Below the pieces are notes generated by a model. It saw nothing but the letters and a program-made list of their open reading frames with translations, did no database searches and was not told the DNA's origin. This document shows, piece by piece, positions 30,925 to 45,528 of a DNA stretch of 64,000 bases. Location of the stretch: the NCBI RefSeq assembly GCF_009914755.1, contig NC_060930.1; one strand, 5' to 3'. This DNA is from the human T2T-CHM13v2.0 reference genome, Homo sapiens. Numbering within the stretch: position 1 is the stretch's first letter; every line of letters begins with the position of its first letter. A program made the position numbers and the translations under genes.

Positions 30925-32691
30925 TCTTTTACAAAAGTTTCCTAGTAGTTGATATGCTATCTAGCAGATGACAAAAGTCCTGCCCTATGGTGACAGAGCA
31001 AAGAATAAAAAATACCGGGCCTTCAGGACAATAGAAGGTGGGCATTTTCATGACAGATAGTGTTCTTAGAGAGTATAGAATTACTGGAGTAATGAGAATA
31101 GGACTGAAAGCCTTTTCTATAAATGATTGAGCATCCTCAGTGTCCTATGGATTCACAATGTCCTAGGAAAGAACTCATTTCATGGGGGAAACCAGTCATT
31201 TAGCACAGAGGGAAGCACAGTGGAGGGACACACAGGAGAACCTAGGGGGATAGAAGGAAAGAGGCATAAGATAACATCAAGGCTTGTAACCAGGATGTGC
31301 GAGCAGAGACCTCTTGGCACCCAGGGAATTGTGAGTGAGTTTGGGAATGCACAATTGTGAGACTCCAAGTTGGACTTTGTGATGTAGTAGGATGGTGGAA
31401 TATGTTTGCATCTTGAATAGATTGTTGCTATTTTTTAGTTGTAACCACATTTTCTCCTAATGATAGGGTCCAGGTAAGTAGGAATAATTAGTTTGTTTCT
31501 GTGAGTAAATTTTCCAGTTATTTTGATAACAATTTGAGTGAACAAAACAGTGTGAGAAGAAAAGCAAGACATAAAGCATCCCAGGGTCTAATTTCTAAGG
31601 GTATCCCAGTGAAAATGTTATATCAAATTAGATAATTTTAGAGATAGCAGGTAGAATTTATCTATTCACTTAGACTCTCATGTATGCACTAAGTACTACA
31701 TATCTTCTGTAGGAATGTCTTGGAACCAGGGCAGATTATATGTACTAAATAAACACATGAGGGTGTACGATCAAGAAGCTTACAGAAGGACAGAAAAGAC
31801 ATAATCTCATTGAGATGGATGCAAATAGAAGATGCTACAATGACACGTAATTACCAAGTGACTTGCAATTGTTTCAGACTGGGGAGGGGACCAGTCAGAT
31901 AAGGATGACAGAAGACAAAGATGACATATCCCCTAAAGTAATATTTGAAACAACGGATGATAGCCACCCCAATGATAACATTCCAGTTCGCCTTCAAATT
32001 AGATAATGAATACCTCAAAGATCTCATTAATGTAATTATATCGTATGTAGTAAACATCATGGTGAGCGATGGCATAGCAAAGTTGGAGGGGAGCAGGAAT
32101 CATACAACCGTGAAAGTAACTAGACCAGACTCTAGCCCAACAGACATTGTACCCACCTCTAAATACAGTGCTAACTCAAGGGCTTTTTCATCTAATTCAA
32201 GTACTACAATCATAAACTCCTCCAAATAATTTGTGTACTGAAAGAATTCTACATTCTGCTGTTTCATGGACTTTGAAGAGCCATGTTCTCAATTTCAGGT
32301 ATTCTCTGTGCCCTGTATAATTGTTTTTCTAGGAGACAGTTAACAGAACTCAGATAAAAACTGTATAGCAGTACTTCTTCTCTTTAGACCATCTGTCTCT
32401 TTAGTCACTGATTAATGGCTCTACACTTGGAAATTTTCGGCCTCTTTGGAAAAATAGCAAATTACATAAATCTAAAATATGTTAGTAGGTAGGAGACTTA
32501 TGCTCTGCTTCCTTCACTTTGGCATCTTTGGGTCACACATCAAGACACTATAAAGTTTAAGGAAATGGAAATTTTGGTTTAAAATGTGTCCCTTCTCTCC
32601 CCAGTCTCATTTCTGTTTTCTTCAAGCCACTCTCCCACAATCACATTCACACTCATTTTGTGTCAATAACTTGAAAATCATACCATCAATC

Positions 32692-32694
<3 letters not shown>

Positions 32695-32736
<42 letters not shown>
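32695..32736. repeat. (CA)n microsatellite
   Basis: About 21 perfect units. Confidence 0.97.
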
Positions 32737-32738
<2 letters not shown>

Positions 32739-32988
32739 TTTTCATTTTTTTTTCTACAACATATTTCAATGGATTAGGTTCTGGTACCAAACAAATAAGA
32801 TATGGTCCTTGCTTCCCCAGAAGTTCTAATATGAACTTGACAGTAGCAACACACATCAACATAAAGTCATTTAGACAGCTGTACAAATACTGATAAATAA
32901 TGTATATCCATTTTTTTAAATTAGTAAATATGGGTTATGTGGGTGAAAATTAAAAAATGAACTGCAAAATCTTCAGACCATTAGAGCT

Positions 32989-33422
32989 TATTAAATAAAA
33001 TATATAGGAGACTATTGGTTTGGACTGAACTCCTGCACTAGACCCAACAGACCAAAACAAAATGGAGTCACTCATGCTATAAAGTTCCATGTCACTAAGC
33101 CAAAAGTAAGTTATCTGACCTGCCGAGAAATCAGGAGAGTGAGAGATAATAGCCAAATTCCCAAACAAGCCAGTCTTAGCCAACATGATAAGGAAGTGCT
33201 CTCTAACACTTACAAGGAAATTAACTTTAAACAACCAATCTGATTTTTGTTCTCTGTTTCTGCTTTCCTCAGCTCCTTGTCTACAAAACTAACCTGTTTA
33301 GCTCAGTTCATTGGAACACTCATTCTACCTTGTAAGATGAGGTGCTGCCCAATTTTAGAATCACAAATAAAAGCCAGTTGAGAGTTTCACTTTCAAATAT
33401 GTTATAACTTTGTCTTTTAACA
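32989..33422 (+). mobile_element. ERV1 solo LTR (MER57F/MER93-like)
   Basis: tttggactgaactcctgcactagacccaacagacc...aaaatggagtcactcatg; AATAAA near the 3' end, terminal ca; 4-bp TSD agct/acct. Confidence 0.8.
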
Positions 33423-35960
33423 ACCTGAAAGAGGTTTTAAGTCCATCGAGGTCTGCAGCTTCATTGTACAAAAGGGAAAACCACAAGCATAGTGTGTATA
33501 GGCGAAGGAAATCATAACATCACATTCCATTGATGGAGTAAGGCTTTTTGTAGGGGTTCAGATTTCCTGAATGCTCTGAACAGAAGAGATTGAGTTTTCT
33601 GTTTGAAATTTAGAAATCCTTCACTTGTACCTACAAGTAATCCCTTTTCTCAGAATCAGATGCCTTATGTAAATCTTTCATTGCCATCTCAAACAAGCCT
33701 GGCAGCCTTTTACCAAAGACAGAAAGCAGGCTCTGGAATTTATTTCAAGGTTTCCTTATGGTCAGACTAATGTTGCTAGGTTTCAGAAAAGATTCCTAGG
33801 AAAGATTCAGAAAAGATTCAACCCTAGGCTAAGGGTTGAAGCTGCACAGCATCTCTGCTTCCAAACATTAGTGCTTTCCTTCTTTTTTGAATGGTCAATA
33901 AGCCAGTTCCACATTATTAAAGTGAAAGATCATGAAAGACAATTTTTTAAGAAGTCCAATTCAATTTAACTGGGTGCAAAGGACCCTCAGTATTCTATTT
34001 TATTTCAAATTTTATGTATATGTAAACAAGTAGTATTACAAAATGAATTCTTTTTTTACTCAAAGGTAAATTGCATTATTAAAACATAAGCCCTAATTTC
34101 CAAATATTGTGATAATAAGAATTTGAAAAAAAACATGTAACAGGAAAATTTTGAAGCAGGCTTGGCTTCATTTTGGAAACTCTAAATGTTACCAGTTTAT
34201 TCCCAAGGGTAGTCATCAGCATTGATATTGACAATGCTTTTCTTAAAATAGCCAATGAGGAGTTCTACATACAAGGTGTACTCAATAAGCTTGCTCATCA
34301 ATTTACTGACTCACTAATAGATTTGCCACTGCTTTGTGTCATCAATTTAAAACATCCTTATCTGAAAATAATTTATGGAAATCCATGGTCCTTGAAAATG
34401 AAAAAGCATACTGTTTTGTTTTCAGATTTCATCATCCTGTTTTCTCTTTATTCATAAATATTTAAATGACAAATTAGGCTACCAAAATTATCACACCTAC
34501 ACTGCAGTCTCCTTTAACCCTCCTCACACAAAATGTTCCTTCCTTATTTATCTTTTCTGTTTGGGCATAAATAAAAAGCCTTGTAATTTGAATGTTTAAT
34601 CTATAGAAGATTTCATTCCTTGTCAAAGAGTCTAGGTTGATCATATTCTTCCACTAATATTATCATCCTATCTAAGTAGTTCATAAAAAATTAAGAATCA
34701 CATGTAATTATTTTTATTTAGTTCCCTAAAACATATAAAACCTATACCTGATTTTTACATTTGATGAAGAAACTAAATGTTTATTTATTGAAGCTACGTG
34801 GTTTGTTTACTACAAGAGGTTTAAAGTCACAGTAGAAAAAAAAACACAGTATAAATAAAGTAACAGGAATAAAATTGAAAATAAAACTTGAATAAGAAGC
34901 AAAAGAAGAGAAGATTCCCAGTCAGCTAAAATGAACACATTGTTGTATTTGTTTCTGATTTCCTGACATTTAAGGTAAACTCATATTTGCGCTTCAAGAC
35001 ATAGGTCAAATGACACCTGCTCTGTGAAGTTTCTCCTGAGCCCTTAAGGGTCAGCAGTTCTTTCTTCTCCAGAACCCTAGTAGGATGTGAATACTTACCT
35101 CATTTGTCACAATACTTTGCTTATAAATCCATCTTTGCTCACAGAAGCAATTCCTCAAGGCATCAAAATCAGGGACCTCTGCCTTTCCTTAGTTCCTGTT
35201 GTTACATGAGTATTTAGCACCCTCCAGTAGCCCATTTTTCCCCTCTGAAACTTTTTCAACTTATTTATTATCATTTGAGTTCTGACATATCACCAGTGAG
35301 TTCGTTCTTTCAGTCTGAAGACTTGCACTGCCTTTTTTTATTAAAACAAAATGTTTAATATTAAATAATTTCTACATCTTAACTTTTCCTCATACTCTTT
35401 TTCTAAAACTGCTAGAGAGATATCAAAGTCCCTGAGATGATGTTCAATAATTCATCAGTTCAATAATTCATATTTTCCAGTTTTTGTTCTATGCTTTGTG
35501 TGTTTATCAACTTTGTTTTTCAGAATACAGCATTAGTTTGGTATGTAGATTTTCTAGTTATTTCTTTCTTACATTTTCAGAAAATATGTTTGAGTTCCAA
35601 AAATACTTACTTGGTTTTCATAGCAGTCTGATTTTCCTTTATTTTTCTCTTCTAATGTATGTAGTGTGCACTCAAATCTTTCTGAGAATGTAATTAGAAT
35701 ATTTTTTAAGTTTTCTTATGTTCATTGAATTACTTCTGTTTCCTTTAGTCATTTGTTCTATTTCATTAGCTTGTTTCTTTGCATTTAGTTTGTCGATTTT
35801 CTTAAATTCTCTGATGATCTATAGTTGGTAATTCACAATTAAGAAGAAAGGTCTTGATGGATGAATTAAGGTAGCTGTCATACCTTTCTACGTAGGTCTG
35901 GATCTATTTTTCCAAAACGTCCTTCCATGAAATGAACAGGCTGTTTTCCTTTTTGTGTAA

Positions 35961-36434
35961 TGTTAAAGAAAAAAATATTCAATGATACTTGTTAAAGCAC
36001 AGTAAAAAAGACTTCATTTAGGATCATTGCAGTAGCTACAGGAATGACTACAACTAAGTCTTAACAATAGGCTAGGGAGATTGAACTCAACTCCGAATAC
36101 AGCAGGGGCAAGTGAGAATCTGTAGCCAAGAAGCAGATGAGGTAGTCAGAGGATGGAAAATTACTAAGCAGAAACATCAGGGGTAAGGGGAATTCTGGCT
36201 AAACCAACCTAACAGGATCTTGCTAAAAACAGACCAGAAAGATCAGAAATCACCTGGGGGATAAGGGAGGATAAGTAATATGATCAGCTACCAAGGGTGA
36301 TCAGACACTGAGATTGGGGATTGTTGCTAAACTGACTTAGTTAAAACAGTATTTTACAAGGAAGTGCACAGATGGGCCTAGAAGAATGTTCAGAAGACGT
36401 GACTAAAATTTGGCCAAGCAAAGAATCCATGTCA
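35961..36434 (-). mobile_element. ERV1 solo LTR (MER31-like)
   Basis: tg...ca termini; antisense tgacatggattctttgcttggccaaattttagtc...cccatctgtgcacttccttgtaaaat; TSD gtaa/gcaa. Confidence 0.8.
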
Positions 36435-36584
36435 GCAAGTAAGTGAGGACATACTAACTGGTTGGCATCATATTAGGATGTGTGGACAGGAGGTAAGCAG
36501 GTAGGCTGCCCATATGACAAAATAACAAGAATATTATTCTGGGAATGAAGCACTTTAGCATATTTTTCTCCCAGTCTGAGAATT

Positions 36585-38867
36585 TTTATTCATCTGTTCT
36601 CATGTTGCTGATAAAGACATATCCAAGATGGGAATTTATGAAGAAAATCAGGTTTAATGGACTCACAGTTCCATGTGGCTGGGGAGGCCTCAGACAAGAA
36701 AATAATGAGAGCCAAGTGAAAAGGGGTTTCCCTTATAAAACCATCAGCTCTCATGAGACTTAGTCACTACCATAAAAACAGTATGGGAAAAACTGCCCCA
36801 ATGATTAAATTATCTCCCACTGGGTTCCTCCCACAACACATGGGAATTATGGGAGCTACAATACAAGATGAGATTTTGATGGAGACACAGCCAAACCATA
36901 TCATTCTACCCCTGGCCCCTCCCAAATCTCATGTCCTCACATTTCAAAATCAATCATGCCTTTCCAAGAGTCCCCCAAAGTCTTAACTCATTTCAGCATT
37001 AACTCAAAAGTCCACAGTCCAAAGTCTCATCTGAGACAAGGCAAGTTTCTTCCACCTATAAGCCTGTAAAATCAAAAGCAAGTTAGTTACTTGCTGGATA
37101 CAATGGGGGTACAGGCATTGGGTAAATACACCCAGTCCAAATAGGAGAAATTGGCCAAAACAAAGGGGCTACAGGCCCCGTGCAAGTCTGAAATTGAGTG
37201 GAGCAGCCAAATCTTAAAGCTCCAAAATGATCTCCTTTGACTTCATGTCTCACATCCAGGACATGCTAATGCAAGAGGTGAGTTCCCATGGTCTTGGGCA
37301 GCTCTGCCCCTGTGGCTTTGCAGGGTACAGTCTCCCTCCAAGCTGCTTTAATGGGCTGGCATTGAGTGTCTGCAGCTTTCTAGGCACAAAGTGCAAGCTG
37401 TCAGTGGATCTACAGCTCTGGAGTCTGGAGGACAGTGGCCCTATTCTCACAGCTCCACTAGGCAATGCTCCAGTGGGGACTCTGTGTGGGGCTCCAACCA
37501 CACATTTCCCTTCCTCACTGCCCTAGCAGAGGTTCTCCATGAGGGCCCCAACCCTAGAGCAAACTTCTGCCTCAACACCCATGAATTTACATACATCTTT
37601 TGGAATCCAGGCAGTGGTTCCCAAACCTCAATTCTTGACTTCTGTGTACCCACAGGCTCAAAACCATGTGTAAGCTTCCAAAGCTTGGGGCTTGAACCCT
37701 CTGGTGCAACAGCCCGAGCTGTACCTTGGCCCCTTTTAGTCATGGCTAGAGTGGCTGGGACACAGGGCACCAAGTCCCTAGGCTGCACTGAGCAGGGGGA
37801 CCCTGGACCTGGCCCAAGAAACCATTTTTCCTTCCTATGCCTCTGGGCCTATGATAAGAGTGGCTGCTGCCAAGGTCTCTGACATACCCTGGAGACATTT
37901 TCTCCATTGATTCAGAGATTAATATTTGACTTGTTACTTATGCAAATTTCTGCACCTGCTTGAATTTCTCCTCCGAAAATGGGTTTCTGTTTTCTATTGC
38001 ATTATCAGGCTACAAATTTTCCAAACTTTTATGCTCTGTTTCCCTTTCAAAACTGAATGCTTTTAACAGCACCTCTCAGGTCACCTCTCGAATACTTTGC
38101 TGTTTAGAAATTTCCTCCAAAGATACCCTAAATCATCTCTCTCAAGTTCAAAATTCCACATATCTCTAGGGCAGGGGCAAAATGCCACCAGTCTCTTTTC
38201 TAAAACATAGCAAGGATCATCTTTACTCCACTTTCCAACAAGTTCCTCATCTCCATCTGAGACTACCTCAGCCTGGATTTCATTGTCCATATCATTATCA
38301 GCATTTTGGTCAAAACCATTCAACAAGTCTCTAGGAAGTTCCAAACTTTCCTACATTTTCCTGTCTTCATCTGTTCCATCTGTTCCATCTTCATCTGTTC
38401 CTGTCTCCAAACTGTTCCAACCTCTTCCTGTTACCCACTTCCAAGTCACTTCCACATTTTTGGGAATCTTTACAGCGGCACCCCATTCTACTGGTACCAA
38501 TTTACTAAATTAGTCTATTCTCATGCTGCTGATAAAAACATACTTGAGACTTGGTAATTTATAAAGAAAAAGAGGTTTAATGGACTCACAGTGCCATGTG
38601 ACTGGGGTGGCCTCAGAATCATGGAGGAAGGCAAACGGCATGTTTTTCATGGTGGCAGACAAGAGAAGAACGAGAACCAAGCAAAATGGATTTTCCCTTA
38701 TAAAACCATCAGATCTTGTGAGACTTATTCACTACCACGAGAACAGTATAGGGGAAACCACCCTCATGATTCAATTATCTCTCACCAGGTCCCTCTCACA
38801 ACATGTGGGAATTATGGGAGCTACAATTCAAGATGAGATTTGGATGGAGACACAGCCAAACCATATC
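36585..38867 (-). mobile_element. THE1B-like provirus: LTR 36585-36903 (internally deleted), internal 36904-38503, LTR 38504-38867
   Basis: Both LTRs end ccaaaccatatca on the + strand; the internal ORF fragments (LLNGFDQNADNDMDNEIQAEVVSD) are homologous to those of the 1272-3547 copy. Confidence 0.95.
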
Positions 38868-39895
38868 AAAAGGTTTTCTTTTAAATTTCTTCTGTATGGT
38901 TGTAGAGCTTTCATGCATTCAGAAGTGAGCTCTGCTTCTGTCTCAGGTGACAAATGTCATACTGAACATGCTACCCCATCCTACACTCTACTTAGTTCCT
39001 TTCAAAAGAAGTTATCTGGCTTAATCTAGGGAATAAATGCCACTGATGTCACTTACTCTGTGCGGAGTTTCCAGAGGGTCACATTGGTCCTGTTAGCCTG
39101 CAGACAGACTTTTAAATAACTATCCTGACTGCTGTTTCACAACCCCTTTCCCAGAGGCCTGCTAACTAAACCTAAAACTTTCCTAACATATGTAAGGCAT
39201 CTCCTTTGACTATGTAGGACTTCCAGTTGTGTCTTCTAATCTTGATTATCTGTCAATAAAATTATGTTCTCCAGAAATCATTCATAATTTCAGTTTCAAT
39301 TGTACTGACAGCATCACATCCTATTTGTAATGCAGTTATGGATCTTCTTTTTCTTTATAAAACAACTCTCTGTCATTTCAATAGAAAGGTCAAAGAAAAA
39401 CCCCCTTGCTAAGATCATCTTTGAACTATCAGCTCTGTGTATTTGGATTCTCAGTTGGAGTTTAGACGTATTTCTTTGCTTTAATTGTGGACCTACAAAA
39501 TAAGTATTGTTATCTACTGTACACTTAAATGTTTATGTAACTAATTTACCATTCTTTGCACTGTTTCATATGCCTAATTATTAATCTTTAGAAAGATTCT
39601 ACTCTTATTGAGAAAATTACAAAGGTGATTCTCATAGAAATTATCTTTTGAGCTGTGGCACTTTTGAAAACCTGAAAATCAGTTAAATTCAGGCTCAGGG
39701 CTGAATCTGGCACCTAAGTCACAGGTTTCAATAGAGCTAGGAATATTAAAATGATAAAAATGCCCTTGATGCTTACCTTTTAACAACAACATTAATGACA
39801 GCAAAAGGTAGGCTCCTTAAGTGATTTTTTAAATCTTCCAATCCATTTTGAAGACACATCTAATGTCCAAGTAAAATCTAAATAATTGAGATCAC

Positions 39896-40245
39896 TGATA
39901 AGGTTTGGCTCTGTGTCCCCACCCAAATTTCATCTGGAATTGTAATCCCCACATGTCATGGGAGGGACCTGGTGGGAGGTGATTGAATCATGGAGGCAGT
40001 TGCCCACTTGCTGTTCTCATGATAGTGAGGGAGTTCTCATGAGATCTGGTTGTTTGATAAATGTCTCTTTCCTGCTGCCAGGTAAGACATGCCTTGCTTC
40101 CCCTTCACCTTCTGCCACAATTGTAACTTTCCTGAGGCCTCCCAGCCAGGCAGAACTATGAGACAATCAAACTTATTTTCTTTATAAATTACCCAGTCTC
40201 AGATAGTGTCCTTATATTAGTCCAGTGTGAGACTGGAATAACACA
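39896..40245 (+). mobile_element. MaLR solo LTR (THE1D/MSTA-like)
   Basis: tgataaggtttggctctgtgtcccc...aataacaca; 5-bp TSD atcac/atcat. Confidence 0.92.
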
Positions 40246-41594
40246 ATCATTTTTATAATATATTGTATAATACATAACCTAATTATAATTACTTAACAAT
40301 ATGTATTATGTTTACATACCAATTTGCCTGAATAAAAATCAAAAGTAATTCTCAATTTTGTTCTCTGTTCTGTTACCATCTTTGAGAAAAATTATCTGTC
40401 TAAAAAAATTATCTATTTTTCCTCTAAAGTTACTGGCCATATGTTCATTTAATCTCACAATTAGAGGCAGTCTTCTATTACTTTGCAGTCAATGAGAATG
40501 ATAGGCACTGACCTTCTCAGATTGCTCTGAAATCTCAAGAAGTGCACTTTGAAAAGACAGTAGCTCTAGCGTCTCTCTCATCAGTTGAGTTCAATATTTT
40601 TTAGTAATTCAAAATATAGTAATTCAAAATTTCTTTAATGTTCATCTATCCTGAGTCAGAATAAAACATGGATGGTTTTCTTTGTTTCCTAGAGAAATCT
40701 ATTTCACTAACTTTTTTTTTTTAATAGGGCAAAGTAATATGTGATTCGAAATTTTCTCAGATGTTTTTTCTGTTTCTAACACACATTAAACCTCCTTTTA
40801 CATGCCTCATAATATACTTTAAATCTTATCTTAGGACAAATAACTGTGACATTAAATCTAATCCTCCACAATCAACTGGTTAAAACAAATTTCAGTGTGG
40901 GTAATTAATCAATTTTAGTTGTCCAAATGAAAAAGGCAATATATATCAGATCAGATAGTATAAACATTTTATTTCACAAGAAATTCATTTTACTGAATGG
41001 ATTAAATCAAACTGCAAGTGAATGCAGTGCCCAGTACTGCAATAAAAGTGTTTGCATATGAAATATGGAAGGAAGAGCTTAGATGGATTGACGTGGGCTA
41101 AGATACACACAGCATCAACACTGACGTAGGGACACTTTCTTTACCAGCTAGTTTTCAGTTTTGTGCATTTGGGAACCTGATTTTGTTTTATCTTCTAGAG
41201 TACTCAAGCTAAAGATGATTAGTTCACATTAATCAAATTGAAAGAGTTGTGAAAAAAAACCCCTACATGGCAACACAATTATTTACTCAGAAAATATATT
41301 ATTGCAAAGTAGATCCCAGTACCAAGTGGTTAGCATGTTCTCTTCCCAAAGGGGAGCTAAAAGTTCAAAAGGCTGTTACATGAGTATAGATTTAGATTAC
41401 AGAAATAGTATGACATTGGTAATATCTTACAAGGATATAATAGGTATTGAATAAATGTTTGCCGAAATAACAAATTAATTAAATTACAAATCAATGATAA
41501 CATCAAATTAATCACTTGATAAAGTCATTATAATGATAGGATTGTCCTTCTTAAGGGAATTGGATCATTGTATTTATTTATTTACTTATTTATT

Positions 41595-41735
41595 TATACG
41601 ATTTCTTCTCCTATTAATCTGCGAGATCCCTGAGAGCAAAGACTTTGTCTTATTTATTTCTGTATCACCAGTGCCCAGTAAAATGCTGGCAGCATTAGAT
41701 TCTCAGTAATTTTTTAAAAATTAAACTGAAATGAA
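41595..41735 (+). mobile_element. L2 3'-end remnant
   Basis: ccctgagagcaaagactttgtcttatttatttctgtatcaccagtgcccag. Confidence 0.65.
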
Positions 41736-42711
41736 GTATTTATATTAGCTAAACAAAGCAGCCTCTTTCATTTAAGAGGTTTAGGAAAATTTCTGTCTCC
41801 AGGGGACATGGGATTCTAAAGATATTGTTTACTTGGGAAAAAGCCTAGAGATGCTAACTTCATACATCTTCCCCTGTTCTATGATATGTGTTATCATAAC
41901 ACAAACTAACATCTGAGTCTTATGCACTCATATTGTCTGGTGGATCTGGCTAGGTTCTCTACAGTTACACAAGTCATGTTTTCCTGCTTCTTTAAAATTC
42001 TGACTCTTTCTTACCTGTTCTTGCTTTGTTGCTACTGGAAATGTGACAATGACATTGCATCTCTGCAGACTGTCATCCAGCCACTGGATATACTTACTAT
42101 CTGTCTCAACTCTACTCTTTTCCTAGAATTTCTTTCAAACTTGGGGACCAGAACACAACATTTGCTCAACCAGCACCAACTTGACTTTTCAGTAAAAAAG
42201 TGGTTCAATGAGTTCCTTAGCAGCTCTCTGCTATCCCAGTTTATGGCATCTTCATGGCACTTGGCAATAATATTAGCAGTAAAAATAGCTAACATTCATT
42301 GAGCATTTGTCCCTCCATTACAGTATGTGCCGAAGTTTATTCTCTCCTGTCTTTTAATATACCTAGCTCTCCAGAAACCTCCATATAAAAAAACTCAATC
42401 AATATTTGCTGAATCATTCATTAAATTAATAAATAAATTGAACAAATAATAAATCCATGAATTAAAAATAGTGCCTGTTCTTGGCTGAGCCTTTCACTTG
42501 GACAAACCTGCCTTTCTTCTTTATCTCCCTTTTCCCTTAGTTCTGGGAAACCAACTTCCTGGCTTTTTTCCCCCTAGAATTCAGACAGACTATCTCCTGT
42601 CTGTTCTGACACATTTAATGCACTAATAGATTTCTTACAGTAGGCATCCCAATTGAGGAAAACACCTATTTTTACTGATAATACTTTAAAACTATATTTT
42701 GAGGTAATCTT

Positions 42712-43978
<1,267 letters not shown>

Positions 43979-45247
43979 CATTGTAAATAAATAATTAATA
44001 AATGGACAATTTTTAAAAAAAGATTTGCCTTTGGCATGACAACTCAAACAAGCTGAATAAGCTATTAAATTACAATTACTGTTGTTTTTAACCCATCAGA
44101 GAGCTGAGAAAGTGAAGAATCCTAGTTGAACTACATTCCAGAAAGTGACAAGCCCTTCTTAGAGAAGAAGAGACACATGCTTGCTCTCATTTCTCATGGT
44201 ATGAAAGGAGAGGAAATCTGCTATTGAAGGAGAAAAGAAATCAGTCAAAACCTTATTGAACTTCTAATGTCCATGGGCTGGCCTGCAGACAGATTACAAT
44301 TTTAAGAAGACCCTATCAAAGAGCAAGTTGGTACTCACCCAATAACTCTTTCCCGCAGGTCTCCACAAGTAATACCCTAAAGGCTGCCAGCAGAGCTGAG
44401 AGAGATCCTTCCCAGGTACCTGAGATATCCTAAAACTTAAGGCAGGCAACTTCAGAAGGCTGGAGGTAAGAGGAGCTGAGAGAAATCTCTCCGAGGCATT
44501 TCAAGCTTCACAGGTTACAATGCAGCTAACCTCCTAATGTTAAAGGCAGAGTGAGAGGGCACAGAGAGACTGCCTATGATGCAAAAAGTAGTATCCAAAA
44601 AAATTGCAGTGGAACTATAGACTAGAGACAGAATTCCCATGGTTGAGAAAGCTGGTGACTTTGCTGGAAAACACAAAGATATCTCTGGAATCATGGCAGT
44701 ATAGAGATGTTGGAATGATCAGAGAGGGACTATAGAAAACTTAGAATAAAATACTTGGTAACCTAGTGGAAAATATGGGCCACATGTGTAATAAATAGGA
44801 AATTTTAGTGGAGAAATGTATACTCTGAAAAAGAACTAAAACAGAATGATAGAAATGTAAAATAGGTTACCAAAAATGAAGAATTAAGTAAATAGGCTTA
44901 ACAACTGGGCAGAAAGGAAAAGATCAGTTCACTTGAAGCCAGGACAACAGGAAAATAAACAAATTGGAATATAAAGGGGAAAAAAGAGCAGAGCATTTAA
45001 TATCTGCAGGTCAATAGAACACAATTAGCATTCATGCAATAGTAGTTTCAGGAAGAAAGAGAGGAAGTAAGTATTTGAAAAAAACGTTGAATGAGAACTT
45101 TACAAAATTTAAGAAAATTATCATCCCACGGATATTAGAAAATCCAAAAAAAAAAAAAACCAAAGCAGAATAAATACAAAGAAAAATCGAAAAATCACAG
45201 CTAGGCACTTCATATATGAAATACCAAAACCAAAGATTAAGAATAGA

Positions 45248-45528
45248 TTTTTTTTTTTTTTTGAGACAGGGTCTCATTCTGTCGCTCAGCTAGAGTGGTG
45301 CAATCACAGGTCACTGCAGCCTGAAACTCCCAGGCTCAGGTGACCCACCAGCCTCAGCCTCTGAGTAAGTGGGACTTCAGTCGTGCACCACCATGCCCAG
45401 CTAATTTTTGTATTTTTAGTAGAGATGGGGTTTCACCATGTTAGCCAGGCTGGTCTCCAACTCAAGCAATCCACCTGCCTCAGCCTCCCAAAGTCCTGGA
45501 TTACAGGCATGAGCCAACTTGCCAGGCC
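45248..45528 (-). mobile_element. Alu (AluJ-like)
   Basis: Antisense dimer with poly-T; TSD aagaatagat / aagaacagat. Confidence 0.93.

Larger units (their letters stand above)
35290..39400 (-). mobile_element. Probable decayed old L1M 5'/ORF1 region hosting the two LTR elements
   Basis: T-rich, strand-biased sequence resembling antisense L1M ORF1; boundaries uncertain. Confidence 0.4.
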
